Shown here one piece after another: positions 19,701-34,700 of a DNA stretch of 64,000 bases (positions are counted from its first letter, which is position 1; each line of letters opens with the position of its first letter). The stretch comes from Sphaerodactylus townsendi (lineage: Eukaryota). The notes under the pieces were generated by a model that did not search any database, had not been told where the DNA came from, and worked only from the letters and a program-made list of their open reading frames with translations. The position numbers and the translations under genes are program-made. The DNA is taken from NCBI RefSeq assembly GCF_021028975.2, contig NC_059430.1, forward strand, positions 37,448,001 to 37,512,000, read 5' to 3'.

Positions 19701-22700
19701 CACACTTGCAGTTTAACCTACCTCACAGGATGGTTGTTGGGTTGATGAAATGTAACAGAGGAGAATGATGGTGTAAGTTGTTTCGAGTCCCCACTGTGGA
19801 GAAAAGCAGAGTATAAGCATATAAATAAATAAATGTCATCACTTGTGGTTGTTCAATAAGGAGATCATGCAGGCCGGTCCGTCAACAACTATTAGTCTTG
19901 ATAGTCAAAATGAACTACTGAGTGTGCCGGATGCAGATGACAAATTACAGATGATGGCTGGACCAGATGGATCTTGGCCTTGATCCCACAGGATTCTTTT
20001 CACTAGGAAAACAAAACAGTTCCTGGGAATTGGCTGTTATAGGTTTCCAGGCTGTGTCTCTGTGGTCTGGTAGTTTTTGCTCCTAATGTTTCTCCTGCAT
20101 CTATGGTTGGCATCTTTAGAGGTATGTTACGGTGAGATGTGTTTCTCTCTGTGGCACATCTCACTGTGACATGTCTCTGAAGATGCCAACCATAGATGAA
20201 AGGGCTAAGAACAAAAGCTACCAGACCATGGCTACACAGCCCGGAAAACCCACAACAGCCAGTTGATTACATTATGTCCATGGAAGCTTTCAATAGTTCC
20301 TGGGAATGTTGTATCAATTTTATATGGCCATATTACTCATGTCATGGAAAAAGTATTGCTGCTGATTCAGACACGTCCTTGGAAGATGTGAAACTTCTTT
20401 AGTGAACACTGTTCTTCTGGGTACTAGTGTAAAACTTTGCTGAAGTCCCCACTACTTCCAGATGATAAGCCAGTGAGCAGTATTTGCCACTAACTTTATG
20501 AAGAACTCTGATGAGTAGTTTCCCAGCGTGGTGTAGTGGTTAAGAGCAGGTGGATTCTACTCTGGAGGTTTGATTCCCCATTCCTCCACCTTAGTGGCAG
20601 AGGCTTATGGCGTAGGAGGTTAAGAGCTCGTGTATCTAATCTGGAGAAACCGAGTTTGATTCCCAGCTCTGTCGCCTGAGCTGTGGAGGCTTATCTGGGG
20701 AATTCAGATTAGCCTGTACACTCCCACACACGCCAGCTGGGTGACCTTGGGCTAGCCCCACCTACCTCACAGGGTGTTTGTTGTGAAGGGGGAAGGGCAA
20801 GGAGATTGTAAGCCCCTTTGAGTCTCCTGCAGGAGAGAAAGGGGGGATATAAATCCAAACTCTTCTTCTTCTTCTTCTTCTTCTTCTCTGCTGAACCAGA
20901 TGTGTTTCCACTCTCCTACATTCCTGCTGGGTGACCTTGGGCTAGTCACAGTTCTTCGGTGCTTCCTCAGCCCCACCTGCCTCCCAAGGTGTCTCTTGTG
21001 GGGAGAGGAAAGGAAAGGAGCTTGTAAGCCACCTTAAGTATCCTTCCAGGAGAGAAAGGTGGGATATAAATGCAAACTCTTCTTCTCTTCTTCTTTCTCC
21101 CTGGTCATGTTGGTGGTGAAAAAATGGATTACTCAATTGCTTGCAGGGTTTTGTCTAAGAATGCCATTTGCATATGACTTGCAGTTACCGCTGGTTCAAA
21201 GTATTTATTATTTTTATTTATTTATTATTTGTTTGAACTTTTATACCGCCCCATCCCCGAAGGGCTCTGGGCGGTGTACAACATAATATAAATAAGAAAA
21301 ATTACTAAAATCTTTACTAAAAGTACCTTGTCATGCCAAAGCAAGGTACACTAGTCATGTTCCCCTTCCCCCAGCCACCACTCTGGCAATATCACAGGGG
21401 CTTGGCCAAGGTCGAAATGATGATGTGTATTGGTAATAGCTATCACCTTCTCTTGAACCAGCAGCCAGAGATGAGCAGAGTTTCTGTGGAATGTCAGCCC
21501 TCTCCTCATGATGGTATCCAACAAAAATACTTTGGTAGCTTGGCTGGAGAACCAGTCCTAACTATCAAAAAGGTGATGAAACTTACTTAACCAGTGGCAT
21601 GGGCAAGCATGAGAAGCTTGATGTGGCAACTGTGCTTGTGGCTATATGAATCCTCCCCCCCCCCCCGCCCCAGTGTAGATCAGTGGGGCTGAAAATTCCA
21701 GAAGAGTAGAAGGACACTTTCTTCCTTTAGTCAGTCAAGCCCTAAGGTATGGGGCGCAAGGGGGGGGCGTTCTATTTGTTCCATGCTCTTAACTCCCCAA
21801 AGACCTATGTCATAGCTTCCTCTTCTCTATTATATATTTAGCAATGATTGCACACATAAGATCCAAAATAGAGAAAAAGTTTCCAGGACAATTGGAGTGG
21901 ACTTCCCCTTCCTATCCCAACAGGAGAAGTTCAAATGATAGAGTATGGAAGATTCTTTTAAAGCATGGTGTATGCTTGCTCAAGAAAAATAATTTTTTCT
22001 TAAGTCTTAAGTATTTCAGTTCACTTTCTTCATTTGAAGATCTTTATAGACCTGTGATTCATAAGCTGATTGTAATGGAAATTAGGAATTGATTACAAGC
22101 AACAGTGAATAACAAATCCAACTATTAAAATCATAGTTGCAAGAAAAGAAATATGTCATATTCTTCCCAAAAGGCACCTTTCCTAATCTTTAGACAGAAG
22201 AGTCCACAGGTAAAACAGAAGGGTCCAGAATAAGGTCTTTATGGTAGGGCAATCACTATAAAGGTCTTGCTTCTTAGCGGCCAGTGATGGGGCAATGTGC
22301 TCCATCTGCTGCTTGTCTGAACTCATGGCTCATGAATTCATCATACCTGGCAGATACAGCGCTGATGACATCCAATCAGGAGGGGTAGCTAATACCTCAG
22401 AGGACAAGGTCAGAAATCAAAATGACCTTGACAGATTAGAGAGCCAAAGCTAGGAAAAATAATTCCAACAGGGAGAAATGTAAGGCACTACTCTTTGATA
22501 TAACAATGAATAATACAGATATAAGATGAATGACACTTGGCTTGACAACAATACACGTAAAAGGGATCTGGGAGTCTTAGAAGGCCACAGGCTGGACATA
22601 AGTCAACAGTGTCATGTGGCAGCTAACAAAGCCAATGTCATTCTGGGTTGGAACAATAGGAGTGTAATGTCTAGATCAAGTGAATCAATAGTTTCACCCA

Positions 22701-25700
22701 ATTCTGTGTTGGTCAGACCTCAGCCGGAATACTGTGTCCACTTCTAGGCACCCCAGTTCAAGAAGGGGATTGACAAGCTGGAGCACGTCCAGAGGAGGGT
22801 GACCAAAATGGTAAAAGATTTGGAATATGTGCCCTATGCGGAGAGACTTAGGGAGCTGGGTATGTTTAGTCTGGAGAAGAGAAGGTTAAGGGGTGATATG
22901 ATAGCCATGTTTAAATATTTGAAGGGATGTCATGTTGAAGAGGGAGCAAGCTTGTTTTCTGCTTCTGCAGAAACTTGGACAAAGAGTAATGGATTCAAAC
23001 TACGAGAAGAGAGATTCCACATAAACATTAGGAAGACCTTTCTGATGGTAATGCCTGTTCGACAGTGGAATATGCTGCCTCGGAGGGTGGTGAAGTCTCC
23101 TTATTTGGAGCTTTTTAAACAGAGGCTGAATGCCCATCTATCAGAAGTGCTTTGGTTGTGTGTTCTAGCATGGCAGGGGGTTGGACTGGATGGCGCTTGT
23201 AGCCAGCTATGATTCTATGGTTGATACTGGTGCAGCTTTAAAAGCATGTGATATATTAGTTTTTACAACCCTACGCAGGATGACATTCTTTGAAGTCCAC
23301 TGAAATAAATGGACTTAACATAGGTGTAACTACTTAGGATTGCACTGATGGTCACCTACAGTTTGTTGTTGTTTGGTGATATTTCCAAAATCTGCCCTTT
23401 ACAGTGAGCTTCCTGCTTCCTATCTAATAGCAAACCCGTGTTCCCTTCCCATTGAAAAAACTTTGGTTTGTAAAAACCTGTCCAATCCAAAGACCATTCT
23501 GAATATCCAGTTGAGTTTTCAAGCAAGATCTGAATCTGGACCCTGACATTTATTTTCAGTTACAGCTGAAGGTTCCCATTTGCTGTCAGAGTCTTGCCGA
23601 GTGCTCGAAGCAACCTTTATTTAACTGCAGGAACTGGTGTCCCAAAACCGCTACTTCTGCTTTAGTTTGGTCTGAAGTGAATCATATGTGGTCTTTTCAT
23701 CTCTGACATCATTCACCCAACTTCCTAAGTATGAAAGCAGAACTGAGCACAACTTTTCAGGCAGCTTCTCTGTGAAGCCTCTGCTTGGTAGCTGGACCTC
23801 CCTCGTCTCTGAAGATCCACAAATGTTTTAGCCTCATGTAAAACGGAGGAAGGGACAACCAAAAGTATTTTTAAAAAATTGAAGACATATTTTAAAAATC
23901 TAAGAATTGGGCCATGTTCCCACCAAGTGGGAACTTTCTTTTTTCCTCAAACTTTTTCTATCTAAAGATCTCGATCAGTAGATAGGGAGTTTTTATTTCT
24001 TTTAGGAAAATATGGCAGAGAGATACTTAGCCACTGCCAGTGCAGTTCTTGGATTTCTAGCCACCAACAAAAAGGGGACTGTATTAACTTTCATTTTGGC
24101 AAAAGGTAACTCAGTGATCTTATATTGAGGGCATTCCAAAATCATGTAGGATAGACAGTCAACCTTTTGAAAGCTGCATTGACAGAGTCCATCTGGGTAG
24201 GGCAGTTTATGGTATCTCTCTGATAAGTCTACTGAAGGTACATCATTCAGATGTGCAAGAAGGAGTGGGAACTTATAATTATTTGTTCAGAACTTTTCCA
24301 CAGAACATTTCTCAAATGTGGGCTGTTACCATCCAAGGGATAATTTGCAATGAAAAAGGATGGTCTATACTTCCAGAAGTTGAGCTTTTGCAGATCTGGG
24401 CATGAGGAGGATGGGAAGAAAATTCCTACATTTTCCCCTCTCCTTGGCTTATATTTGCATCCCCAAATTGCATTGTGTACTTGTGAGAGTTTAAAGAACA
24501 GTTTGTTGACTTTGTGGGGAAAAGGGCTTTTAAAAGGTAGCAGAAAATCCAGGAGCTCCCATGGAATATGCAGGTGTGTCTCTCTGGACCAGCTATTAGG
24601 CTGCATTCAGATATTATGATAAATTGTACATTATAAGCCATCATATGATCAAACTCCAGTTAGTTGTGACATCTGAGAATTGACAGTCCACTTTTGTAAG
24701 TAGGGGTTTCTCACTAGAGCTCATTTCTGATTTGTGAACTGTAGTTTTTACTAATTATAGTTGGACATGAGGTCTGAATTTACAAGCCACAGTTTGCTGG
24801 GTAACATTGTTTCTTGTAGCCACCTGGCCTCAGAGGAAATAGGACAGGTAGGTTGTCCTCCCAGCTGGCAAGCAAAGAGTGGGTGAGAAGCAGACACATC
24901 AGGATTTATGCACAAGCCAGAATCTACCACATAAATCTGGTAGACTAACAGGAATTTGTTGCACAAACCATGGCCTAATCTTGGTTTATCATGACTTCAG
25001 GCTGTAACCTTAGAATGCAGCAACTTTAAGGGATGGGGGTAAAAAGGTTTCTTGTGTGGTTTCCTTCCAGGCTCCTCTGACTTGAGTGAGACTGAAGAAA
25101 TTGAGATCGACGTGATCAAGAAGCACAGGACAGAACTGCTAGAAGACATTCAGGTAAGACCTGCTGCCCTTCTGTAAATGGGTCAGTGTAGTGTCTGAAT
25201 AATCAGTCTTGTCACAAGTGCAAAGCCAAACTCTCCGCTCCTGTTGTAGGGATTTCTCAGAGGAAGAGCTGTGCCAAGAGAACTCAGCCCTGTCACAACC
25301 CCAGCCGGCAGAGAACGAAAGGCAGATTGGCCAGGACCCTCAAACTAGAGTGCCTGCCTAAACACCTTAGTTTCCCAATCCAATGCCTTCTGTTAGCACT
25401 CAGGCTGTTAGTTCACTGCAGCCCCCTGTACCAGCAGAACTCTGCAGGCAGTGCTGCAGGATGGAACTACAGGATCAAAGGTGTGGTGCCCACTTGCTAG
25501 CCCATTAGTGCCTGATTGAACAAGACACAAATGAGCTGTTGCAGGATGAGGATTAGTCTCCTGTGGGGGGCTTGTAAGATGGCTGGCTGAGAGGCAGGCA
25601 GGCAGGCTCAGATGCAATGTGCAACATGATTGTTGCCTTGCTGATACCATTCTTGTGTTCCTGAAGACTCTGACACTGGACTGGACCAACCTGACCTTGA

Positions 25701-28700
25701 TTCATGAACAGAATCCTGTCTCCTTGCTTTACGGTCTCTCAGCTTTGAGAGATTGTCACCCTGCCTCTTGACTCCTCTGATGCTTTGGATGCAGTGGTGG
25801 ATTCTAATAATTTAACTGGCTCGCCTTCCCCCGCTGCGTGTCCCCCCTGCCACTTACTTACCTGCTGTGGAGGAACTTCTTGTGGGGGCGGAGGGGGGCA
25901 ACAGGGCCTTGCCACCGCTGCTCTGAAAGCCCCCATGCTCCCCTGGGAGAGTGGGCAATGGGGCTTTTAGCGCCTTAGAGCCGCCAGAAGGCAAGACGCC
26001 TGGCTGCTCCAGGGCTCTGAGGGCCCCCTTGCTCTCCCTCCCCTGGTAGAGGGGGCAATGGGGCTTTTGGTGCTCAGCTCTGAAAGCCCCCTCACTACTG
26101 TTCCTCTGGGAGAGGGGGCGATGGGGCTTTTAGCGCCTTGGAGCAGCTGGGTGGCAAGGCGCTCCGGGGCTCTGAAAGCCACTTTTAACAACCTGTTCAC
26201 TGAACTCAACAACAAAAAAATTAGGTACCGGTTTTACTGAACCGGTGCAAATTGACTGAATCCCACCATTCTCTGGATGGTCTCTGACTTCAGTTATTCT
26301 AGTGCCTGACTTGGTTTCTCTCAGGTGGCAAGGATGCTGAAACCTGACACCAGCTGCCTGCAGCCTAACTCAGCACAGTCCACACGTACAAAATACCATT
26401 CAAAGGCTGCATCCCCACAGCATGGATTCTCTGTTTTGCATTTATTACTACTGCAAACATGGAGGCATTCACTTTGGGAACAGAGCATCCACACTGGGGT
26501 TTTCTGCTCAATTTCTTCCATCAGCTTCTCTTTTCCTCTGTCTTACCACCAGAGGATTTTTTTTCAGGGTAGTCAGCTCTTGCGATAGCATTATAGTAAT
26601 TTCTCATTTTAAAAATCTTTGGGGAAAAACCTCTGGTGGCATGGCAAAAAAAGCGGTGGTTGTGAGGGGCTGGTGGAAGGAACATGGTTGCAATGAGTGT
26701 GGGATTGTAGAACATGTGGACTTCCCTGTCTAGTTGACATGCTAATGTGTTTGCATTCTTTCTGAAAAAAATTTATAGAAAAGCAGGTTTGAGAAAGAGA
26801 TTGCTGAAAATAGAGAAAATACGGAAAGGGAACAATTAGAAGATGGTGTCATGTGAATGCCCCCCAAACCAGTATTCCAGTTCAGGCACATAGTTGGAGA
26901 AAAATGTCGATGTGAAAGCAGCCCTAATGAAAACTGACATGCTTTGTGGAAAGAGACTGCAGTTCTCTGAATGAAGTGGGACACACATCTGAAACAATAT
27001 GGGTAGATCTGTAAGAGAGCAGCAGTGGTGTAGGAGGTTAAGAGCTCGTGGGCAATCTGGGCAATTCAGATTAGCCAGTACATTCCCACACATGCCAGCT
27101 GGGTGACCTTGGGCAAGTCACAGCTTCTCGGAGCTCTCTCAGCCCCACCTGCCTCACAGGGTGTTGGTTGTGAGGGGGGAAGGGCAAGGAGATTGTAAGC
27201 CCCTTTGAGTCTCCTGCAGGAGAGAAAGGGGGGGATATAAATCCAAACTCTTCTTCTTCTTCTTCTTCTAGACTTTCATCCAAGAGACCCGTATTCAACA
27301 ATATTTGTTCGATTTCTGACTCACTCATGTGAATCACTGCCTCTCAGCAAATGTTCCTTGTCTTAGAGACAGGAACAGCAGCACTCTACCTCATAAGACA
27401 GCAGCTTGAAAAACACTTGCTAGGGCTGAAGCTGCCCCACCAATTTCTGTTTGAGAAGGGGGCCATGGCTTAGTGCTAGAGCAGGGGTCTGCAACCTGTG
27501 GCTCTCCAGATGCTCATGGACTACAATTCCCATTAGCCCCTGCCAATTGACCATGCTGGCAGGGGCTGATGGAATTGTAGTCCATGAACATCTGTAGAGC
27601 CACAGGTTGCAGACCCCTGTGCTAGAGCATCAGCTCTGCATGCAGGAGGTCCCAGGTTCAATCTTTGGCATCTTTAGTTAAAAAGACAAGGTTGTGGGTG
27701 ATGTGAAAAACTTCTTGGAGAGCTACTGTCAGTCAGAATGGACAATACAGACCAGCAGTCTGACTTACTCAAGAGAACTTCATTGGTACCATTATAGGTT
27801 ATACCATGCTCTGTCAACTCCTGATGCTATGGATGCCCCTTCTAATCAGGGTTGACTGAAATTGGCCCATCACCCATGGTCAGAACAAAGCACTGCTGAT
27901 AATTGCTGCAAAGGACAAACATCCTTTCCACATAAAGGACTTCTGCAACGCATGATGAGAAAGGATTCCTCTTGTTCTTTTGTGATTCCCCCCCTTATTC
28001 TCTTTCTCTCTGTCTCTCTCACAGAGGCTAAAAGATGAGATTGCTGACATATTTGAAGAGATAGATCATTTCCAGCAGTCACAGACCAGGTGAGGAACCA
28101 GCACCCTATGAAGAGAACTAGCAGAGCAGGGAAGATCTATGGCAAGGTTGTCCCCTTCTCCGAATAGGGATGGGATCAATGGCCTTTTGCAGAGTTCAAG
28201 CTTTCAGTCATTTTTAGAACACTTCCCAAAAGGGGAGTGTGTTTCTTGCTCTAGCTGGGCTGAGAGCCCACATGGGGCTGGGCAAGCTATAAAGGGAACT
28301 GTCCTTCATTAGAAGCCACTGGAGCAGCTAAGAGCAGCAACAGCACTAGAAGCAACAACAAGCAATTACTCTGAGATTAGAGAGATGGTCAGACCTGGGA
28401 ACTTCAGGACCCAGGAGAGCTCCTGAGGGTGGCAGATGCTGATCTAATAAAAGCCCAAGACCCTCTGGGATCTTATGTTCCCAGACAGGACCAGCTTAGT
28501 ACCAGAGCCCCATCTCTTGAGTGAAAGTGAAAAGAAATTAAAGAGGCAGTACTCTGGCTAAAGACTGGGCACGGTGGCACTACTGAACAGCATCAAATTA
28601 CACTTTCTGCCTTCTCAAAAGTTGGTTATATGGATAACTTGGGGTAGTTGGGTGATAGTTGGGGTAGTTGGATGATAAAAAAGCTCTTCCCTTGAAGGGT

Positions 28701-31700
28701 ATGAGTTATCACCTTCCAGGTTTAGATTCTTGTAACATCTCCTCTTCAGAGTGGTTGACAGACGGCTGACGTAGTGCCGGGATTAAGAGCAGTGGGTCTG
28801 GGAATTATCCATGTTTGATTATTCAGCTATGAACTTGGTGGCCGTAAGCAAATACATGGAGTGATGATGTGATGGACTTTTGGGGGAATGAAAAGTATCT
28901 TCTGGAGAGGACAGTTGGGAGTGGAGAAGCTGTTTCCTTATTCCAGATTGCCCCCTCCCAAGAAAAAGGTGGGCAGCTTTCTGTGCATAACATATACTTT
29001 GGCTATATGTTCTGGCTCAGTGTAAAAGCAGTGAGTAATTAATATCCATAATACATGAACAGTCAGTCATACCAAATATATATGGTGAAACAGTGGTGAA
29101 GCAGTTGTGTGAAATGGTTGTGAAGGAAGCAAAATGGGGAAAAGCTGAAAACCAGCCCTCAGGAGGCAAAGACAGAAAGTTGCCCTTCCCTGATCAGTTC
29201 TGTATTCACATTGCCGTTCATGTATTTGCAGCAAACTAATCCAGAGAGATAAAGTTCTGAGCACAGGAAGAAAGAAATTTAACATGGACCCAACTAAGGT
29301 ACAATCAGACCTCGGTCTATTTTGCACTGTACAAGCTCTGAAGTTGGTGATTAGTTATAATGTTGGAGTTCTTAAGAATCACAGAATCAAGTTTCTTGCC
29401 CATGTAACTGTGAAGGTGTGTGTCTGGAGGTTTGTTTATTTTTTACAAAGAAAGCTTGCCCTGCCCTGCCCTGCCCTGCCCTGCCCTGCCCTGCCCTGCC
29501 CTGCCCTGCCCTGCCCTGCCCTGCATAAAACAATTCACTGACATGCATCCTATGGAGCTCTTTTTTCAGGTTAAAGCTGCCTGCTTCAAAGAAACAGAGT
29601 GTGGGGTGGAGTACACAGCAATAGCTTTATGGAAACTGCTGATGACATCAATGAGAAATGAGTGGCTGTAGTCTTACTATTTTGTGTATTTTCAGCATTT
29701 ACACCCAACCCTTGTAACCAGATTGATTCCCTGTAACCAAATTGGTTCTCACAAGAAAAGGCAAGGATAAAAGTCAACCCAAAACCCTAGCCATAAAAAT
29801 AATAAAAGATAACCTTACCGCAACAGAATCACTGCAAGCAGCAGCAAAACTGCTGACCAGGTTGTAAAACAGCTGTTCAATTAGGCTTAGGGTTGAGGCA
29901 ATGGTGGCACCAACTGTCTTCCCCCTCCTTTCTTCTTCCTCTCACTTTTCCCTTTTTCTTTTGGTCTCCCCTTCTCCTTTTCCATCATTTTCTGCCCCTG
30001 CTTGTTGGAATACTGATGTGTCACACCTTGAAGATATAAAAATTGGCTCTTGAATCCATTGGAATAGTTGTAACGTTTGAATGACAGAGTTTTAATGCTG
30101 AATGTTTTAATGTGCGCGGATGATGATTTATTGCATTTAATTCATGTTGTAAGTCACCCCAAGCCTGAAGGGAGAATGGTAGCCTATTAAATTTAATTAG
30201 TTAAAAAAATAAAAAATGACTAAATAGTGATCAAAACAAACACTCCTTTTTAGAATAAAACAGACTAAAAGCAATTTTTAAAACGTTCGAAAGAAAGAGT
30301 GGAAAACTCAAGAGACACAATTTAATTGCACCAAATCAGCAAATTCCACCCAAAAAATATGCCTGGCTAAACTATTGTCTTAAACTTAATTTGACTTCAG
30401 CCAGGTCCTCCAAATGATGTTTCATACTCAAGGTGCCACCACAGAAAAAGCCTTGTTACTACCTACCTCTCTCCTGAAAGTGGGAGCACAGAGTGTGGTC
30501 TCTGTTACAGATCTTAGGTGATAGACTGGGCCATGTAGGGGAAGGCATTCTGCCAATCATTCCACTACCTGGCTCCTTAAGGGTTTTAGGTCCGACTTTG
30601 TGCCTTCCTAAATATGGAAGAGAACAATGTGTTCTGGCGCTGACCTTGCTCTGAGAATCCTTTCCTTGCAAGGAGCACACTTGCTTCTCTTTCTCAGCCT
30701 TAGGGCCCAGATCCTGTTCTAGTTGTCCCACAGATTCTGACCTGAACATAACTGTGAAAAAGTATGGCAGTTAAAAAAAAGGTGAAATGAGACATGTGAG
30801 ATGTACCCCCCCCCCTCCACTACAGGATCAAAAGCATCTGTTTTAGAAGAAAAGCCACAAGCTATGCTATGAATAATTTTAACCACAGCTGTTTATAGGA
30901 GCCTTTGTTCATTGCTAGCTTCTTGTGCTCTCACTGGATTTCCTTCTCTCCTCCATCTGCCAAAGGGAGCTTTGACTCTCAAAAGCTTATACCTTGAAAA
31001 TATTGTTGATCTCTAAGGTGCCACTTGATTTGACTCTAGCTTTTCTGCTGCAGACCAGCATGGCTACCCTCTGAAACTTCCTTTCTTCATGTTTGTTGCT
31101 GTCCCAAAGGGGCGTTTGGTCAAAGGGCCTCTACCCACCACCCTTCCCACTCTGAAACCAGCAGTCACCATTGTCAGAAGAACCTGCAGTCCTTTCTGTG
31201 TGGAGACTGAGAGGTCTCCTTTGAGAAAGTATAGTTATCAATCAGCTGAGTAGCTGAGCATAGGGGCAGCTAAGAAGACTTCTCCCTGAGGCTGTGCTTC
31301 CAATTTTTAAAAGGTTTTTTCTATATACACTGAAAGAGATATGAAGATGAAGGAAAAGGGACACAGAGTCTAAAAGAAAACAAATATCCAGTTTCTAGCT
31401 AACCCTAAACTTACAATATTTCTCGTTCATCTCTCTCACAAACTGGGCCAGTCTTATATTCAATGGATGAAGATCGATAACATCTGATTTTGGCCAATTA
31501 TTATCTTAGGAATTTTGATAGAAAGATGGGGGGGGGGGATTTTAGACAGTCCAAAAGGGGGTGGGTGCCTTATACAAGTTCCTCCAGGCCTATGGCTTTC
31601 AACTAGCTGACCTCCCTCCCCCACCCTTTGTCTCTTTTCTGACTGGCCCCCATTTTTGAACATATGATGGTGCCATTGACTGATTAATTAAGGGTTATAA

Positions 31701-34700
31701 TTGTATTATTTTCAATTTTCAATTGTTTTATTGTGTTGTACGCCACCCTAAGCCTGACACTGGCTTCCCAAGATCAGGTGGGTGCTGCATCCCTTACTTT
31801 GAGGAAATGTGGGTGCCAGAAGTACCAAAATGGAGGACATTTCCCCAGTGATGGGCCATCTCTGTCTCTCCATATTGTTTCTTTCAGGAAATACCCACTA
31901 GAAGTGCTGGGCATTTGACTGACAGGTTTCATCTAGTAAAAGAGAATTTGTGCCTTGGGAGCTCTACATAAAACAGACATTCCTGCATTGACAGCAGCAA
32001 GAGGCGAGATACTACATCTAAGCAGTGTATCAGCTAGGCCTTGACTGCATTTTTCATTGAGATTCCCCCAAAATCTCTGTCTATCAGTGGAAAAGCTGTC
32101 AGGATTTCAGCGGACAGAGCCAATTTGCTCTCTCAAATGGTGTGCATAAGGCAAGGTTCCACCTCTGCTTTCCTGGGCCTTTTAAACATCACTCTGCTTT
32201 TACAAGAGTGGCTTTATTTTAAGCCCCTTCTGTGCAAATGGAGAAACAACACAGAAAAGACCTAACTGTACTGGCTGTGTGAACAGAATTAGTGTCTGTC
32301 ATCTGGCAGGGGAGCAGTCCCATCACCAGGTGGCTGCTAATCAGCTCCCATCCATATGGTCGTGTCATGAAAGCATACTTGCCCGGGGAACAAATCCTAA
32401 CTGCATAAAGTGGGACTTACTTCTGAGTAGACCTGCTTAGGCTTGCTCCCTTCAGTCTTGCAGAAAAGGAGCTAGAAAGCAGAGGTCTTCAAACTATGGC
32501 CTTCCAGATGTTCAAGAACTACAATTCCCATCAGCCTCTGCCAGCATGGCCAAGTAGCAGGGCTGATGGGAATTGTAGTTCCTGAACATCTGGAGGGCCA
32601 TAGTTTGAAGACCCCTGAGCTAGAGGATCAAGAGCTCCATAGGCTCTCTGTCATAAATGGTTTGGTTTGTTCCAAGCAGGGGATCCAATATCTGACTGAG
32701 CACAAAATGCTGTCCTCAGATGGGCAAGAAATTGCCAGATTCCTTTACAAAGGAGAAGGCCTCAACAAGACGGCCATTGGAAATTATTTGGGAGAGAGGT
32801 GAGTGTGCTGTCTCTTCTCTTTGAACACATTGATGGTCTGCAAGCTCAGGGCAAGTGTGTGCCTGTGTGAGTGGTGGGTGCAGGGGGGGGTAATTATTTA
32901 TTATTTACTTTATTTTTAGTCCACCTTTCTCACTGGAACTCAAGGCAGCTTCCACAGGGTAAATCAACCGAATGTGACATCCAGTAAACAATGCAATAGG
33001 AATGGGGCTGTAGAACTAACTAGAACGCTAAAAACAGAACTGAAGCAAGCTTAGCTATTAACATGTTAAACAATGCAAAAATTACATAGAGAGGTCCTAC
33101 TTAAAGCAACAGGCAGTACAGACTATACATAGTAGAATAGACTAGTCTCTAAACATGTACTCAAGTATCTTTCTGAACCATCTGCAGCCCAATCTAAATG
33201 TGGGGGAGGGGGAATGGGTCGCAGGAGTGGCAGAGCCCAACACCAGCATGTGTGCCCACCCTGCCAGTGTAAGAGGCACCTACACAAATATGCTGGTGGG
33301 CGCCACACAACACTGTGGCACCCAAACTCAGAAGGGCCTATTTCCCTGAAGCTGCACCAGTGAAGGAGAGCATGCTGGTGCAGCAGAAGGAAAGGTGCAT
33401 TCCCAAGAGTGCAGCTGACTTTAGTTGGCTTCCATTGAGGTTTCAGCTTGGGAATGCCCCCTTCCTCGACCACAGACTTATGCCACCAGAAAGAGTGGTG
33501 TAAGCCTGTTGCTATATGGGCATCAGGAGGTTTCTGAGTTTTGCCTCCTTGCCATGCCACTTAAAACTCCTTTGGAGGCGATGCAGCAGAACTTTCTCCA
33601 TGCTGTCCCCAGCTGCTACAGAAATCCTCTACCTCGATCTGAATTGGGCTGTTAGTAACAGTAGAACCCAGTTACCTGTGTAGAAAAGCCCTCTGGGAAC
33701 ACATACAGTTCCCCTTTGTTGTCTCCTAACCCTGTCCTTTTCCTTCTTCCAGGGAGCCATTAAACCTCCAGATTCTCCAGGCCTTTGTTGAGTGCCACCA
33801 ATTTGCCAACCTCAACCTAGTGCAAGCACTAAGGTGAGTAAAATCCTGGAAATGCAACAAAGCAGCAGCCTTGCTAAACAAGGTATAGGTTGTGCAACTG
33901 CCACATAATTACAGAAAAGAAACCTCAGCGTTACTAAGTAGAGTACCTCGGTATGGATTCTCAAGTTTGTCTAATGTGACTAAACATTTGTTTTCTGTGT
34001 GTATCTGTGAGTAGATTCTGGGCCTGCAATGCAAATCCAACTCACTTGCTAGCAATGGAAGCCCAAAAGGGGCATACATTGTTCGTCTATACTCCATTTT
34101 AGCTTCACAACAACCCTGTGAGGTAGGTTAGGCTGAGAGAGAGTGACTGACCTGAGATCACTCAGCAAACTTGCATGGCAGAAAGAGATTTGAACCTGGA
34201 TTTCCCAGATCCTAGTCTAATTCTCTCACCACTACACCATGCCATACCCAGGATATCTGGTCATGGCCCACCCACCTTGGGGGGAGGGGGCCTGGAATCT
34301 GGTCATGCCCCACTCACCCTAGGGGTAGAGACAGGGAGTAGGGAATAAGGAAGGGGGCTCATTATCTGGTTGTGGTCCACCCACCCTGGGAGTAAGGGTA
34401 GGGAGGGGGAGGGGGAATTTGAACTTGAGTGAGTCTCCCAGAGCCAGCACACTAACCATCAGACCACACTGTCCCTCAAGAGAGAAATACAGAACAACAC
34501 TCTGACAGACCCTTGGAATGCTGATATTCAGTTCTGTTTATTTGTGATTGACAATATTTTTCAGTCCTGTGCATTGAGGGATTTCTGGGCTGTATGGCCG
34601 TGGTTTGGTAGATTTAGTTCCTAATGTTTCACTGCATCTATGTCATCTTTGTCACATGCCTCAAAATGCCAGCCATAGATGTCGGCAAAACATTAGGAGC

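Noticed and set aside
27458-27680. tRNA gene
   Set aside because: Degenerate tRNA-derived SINE head interrupted by a MITE; no intact cloverleaf.
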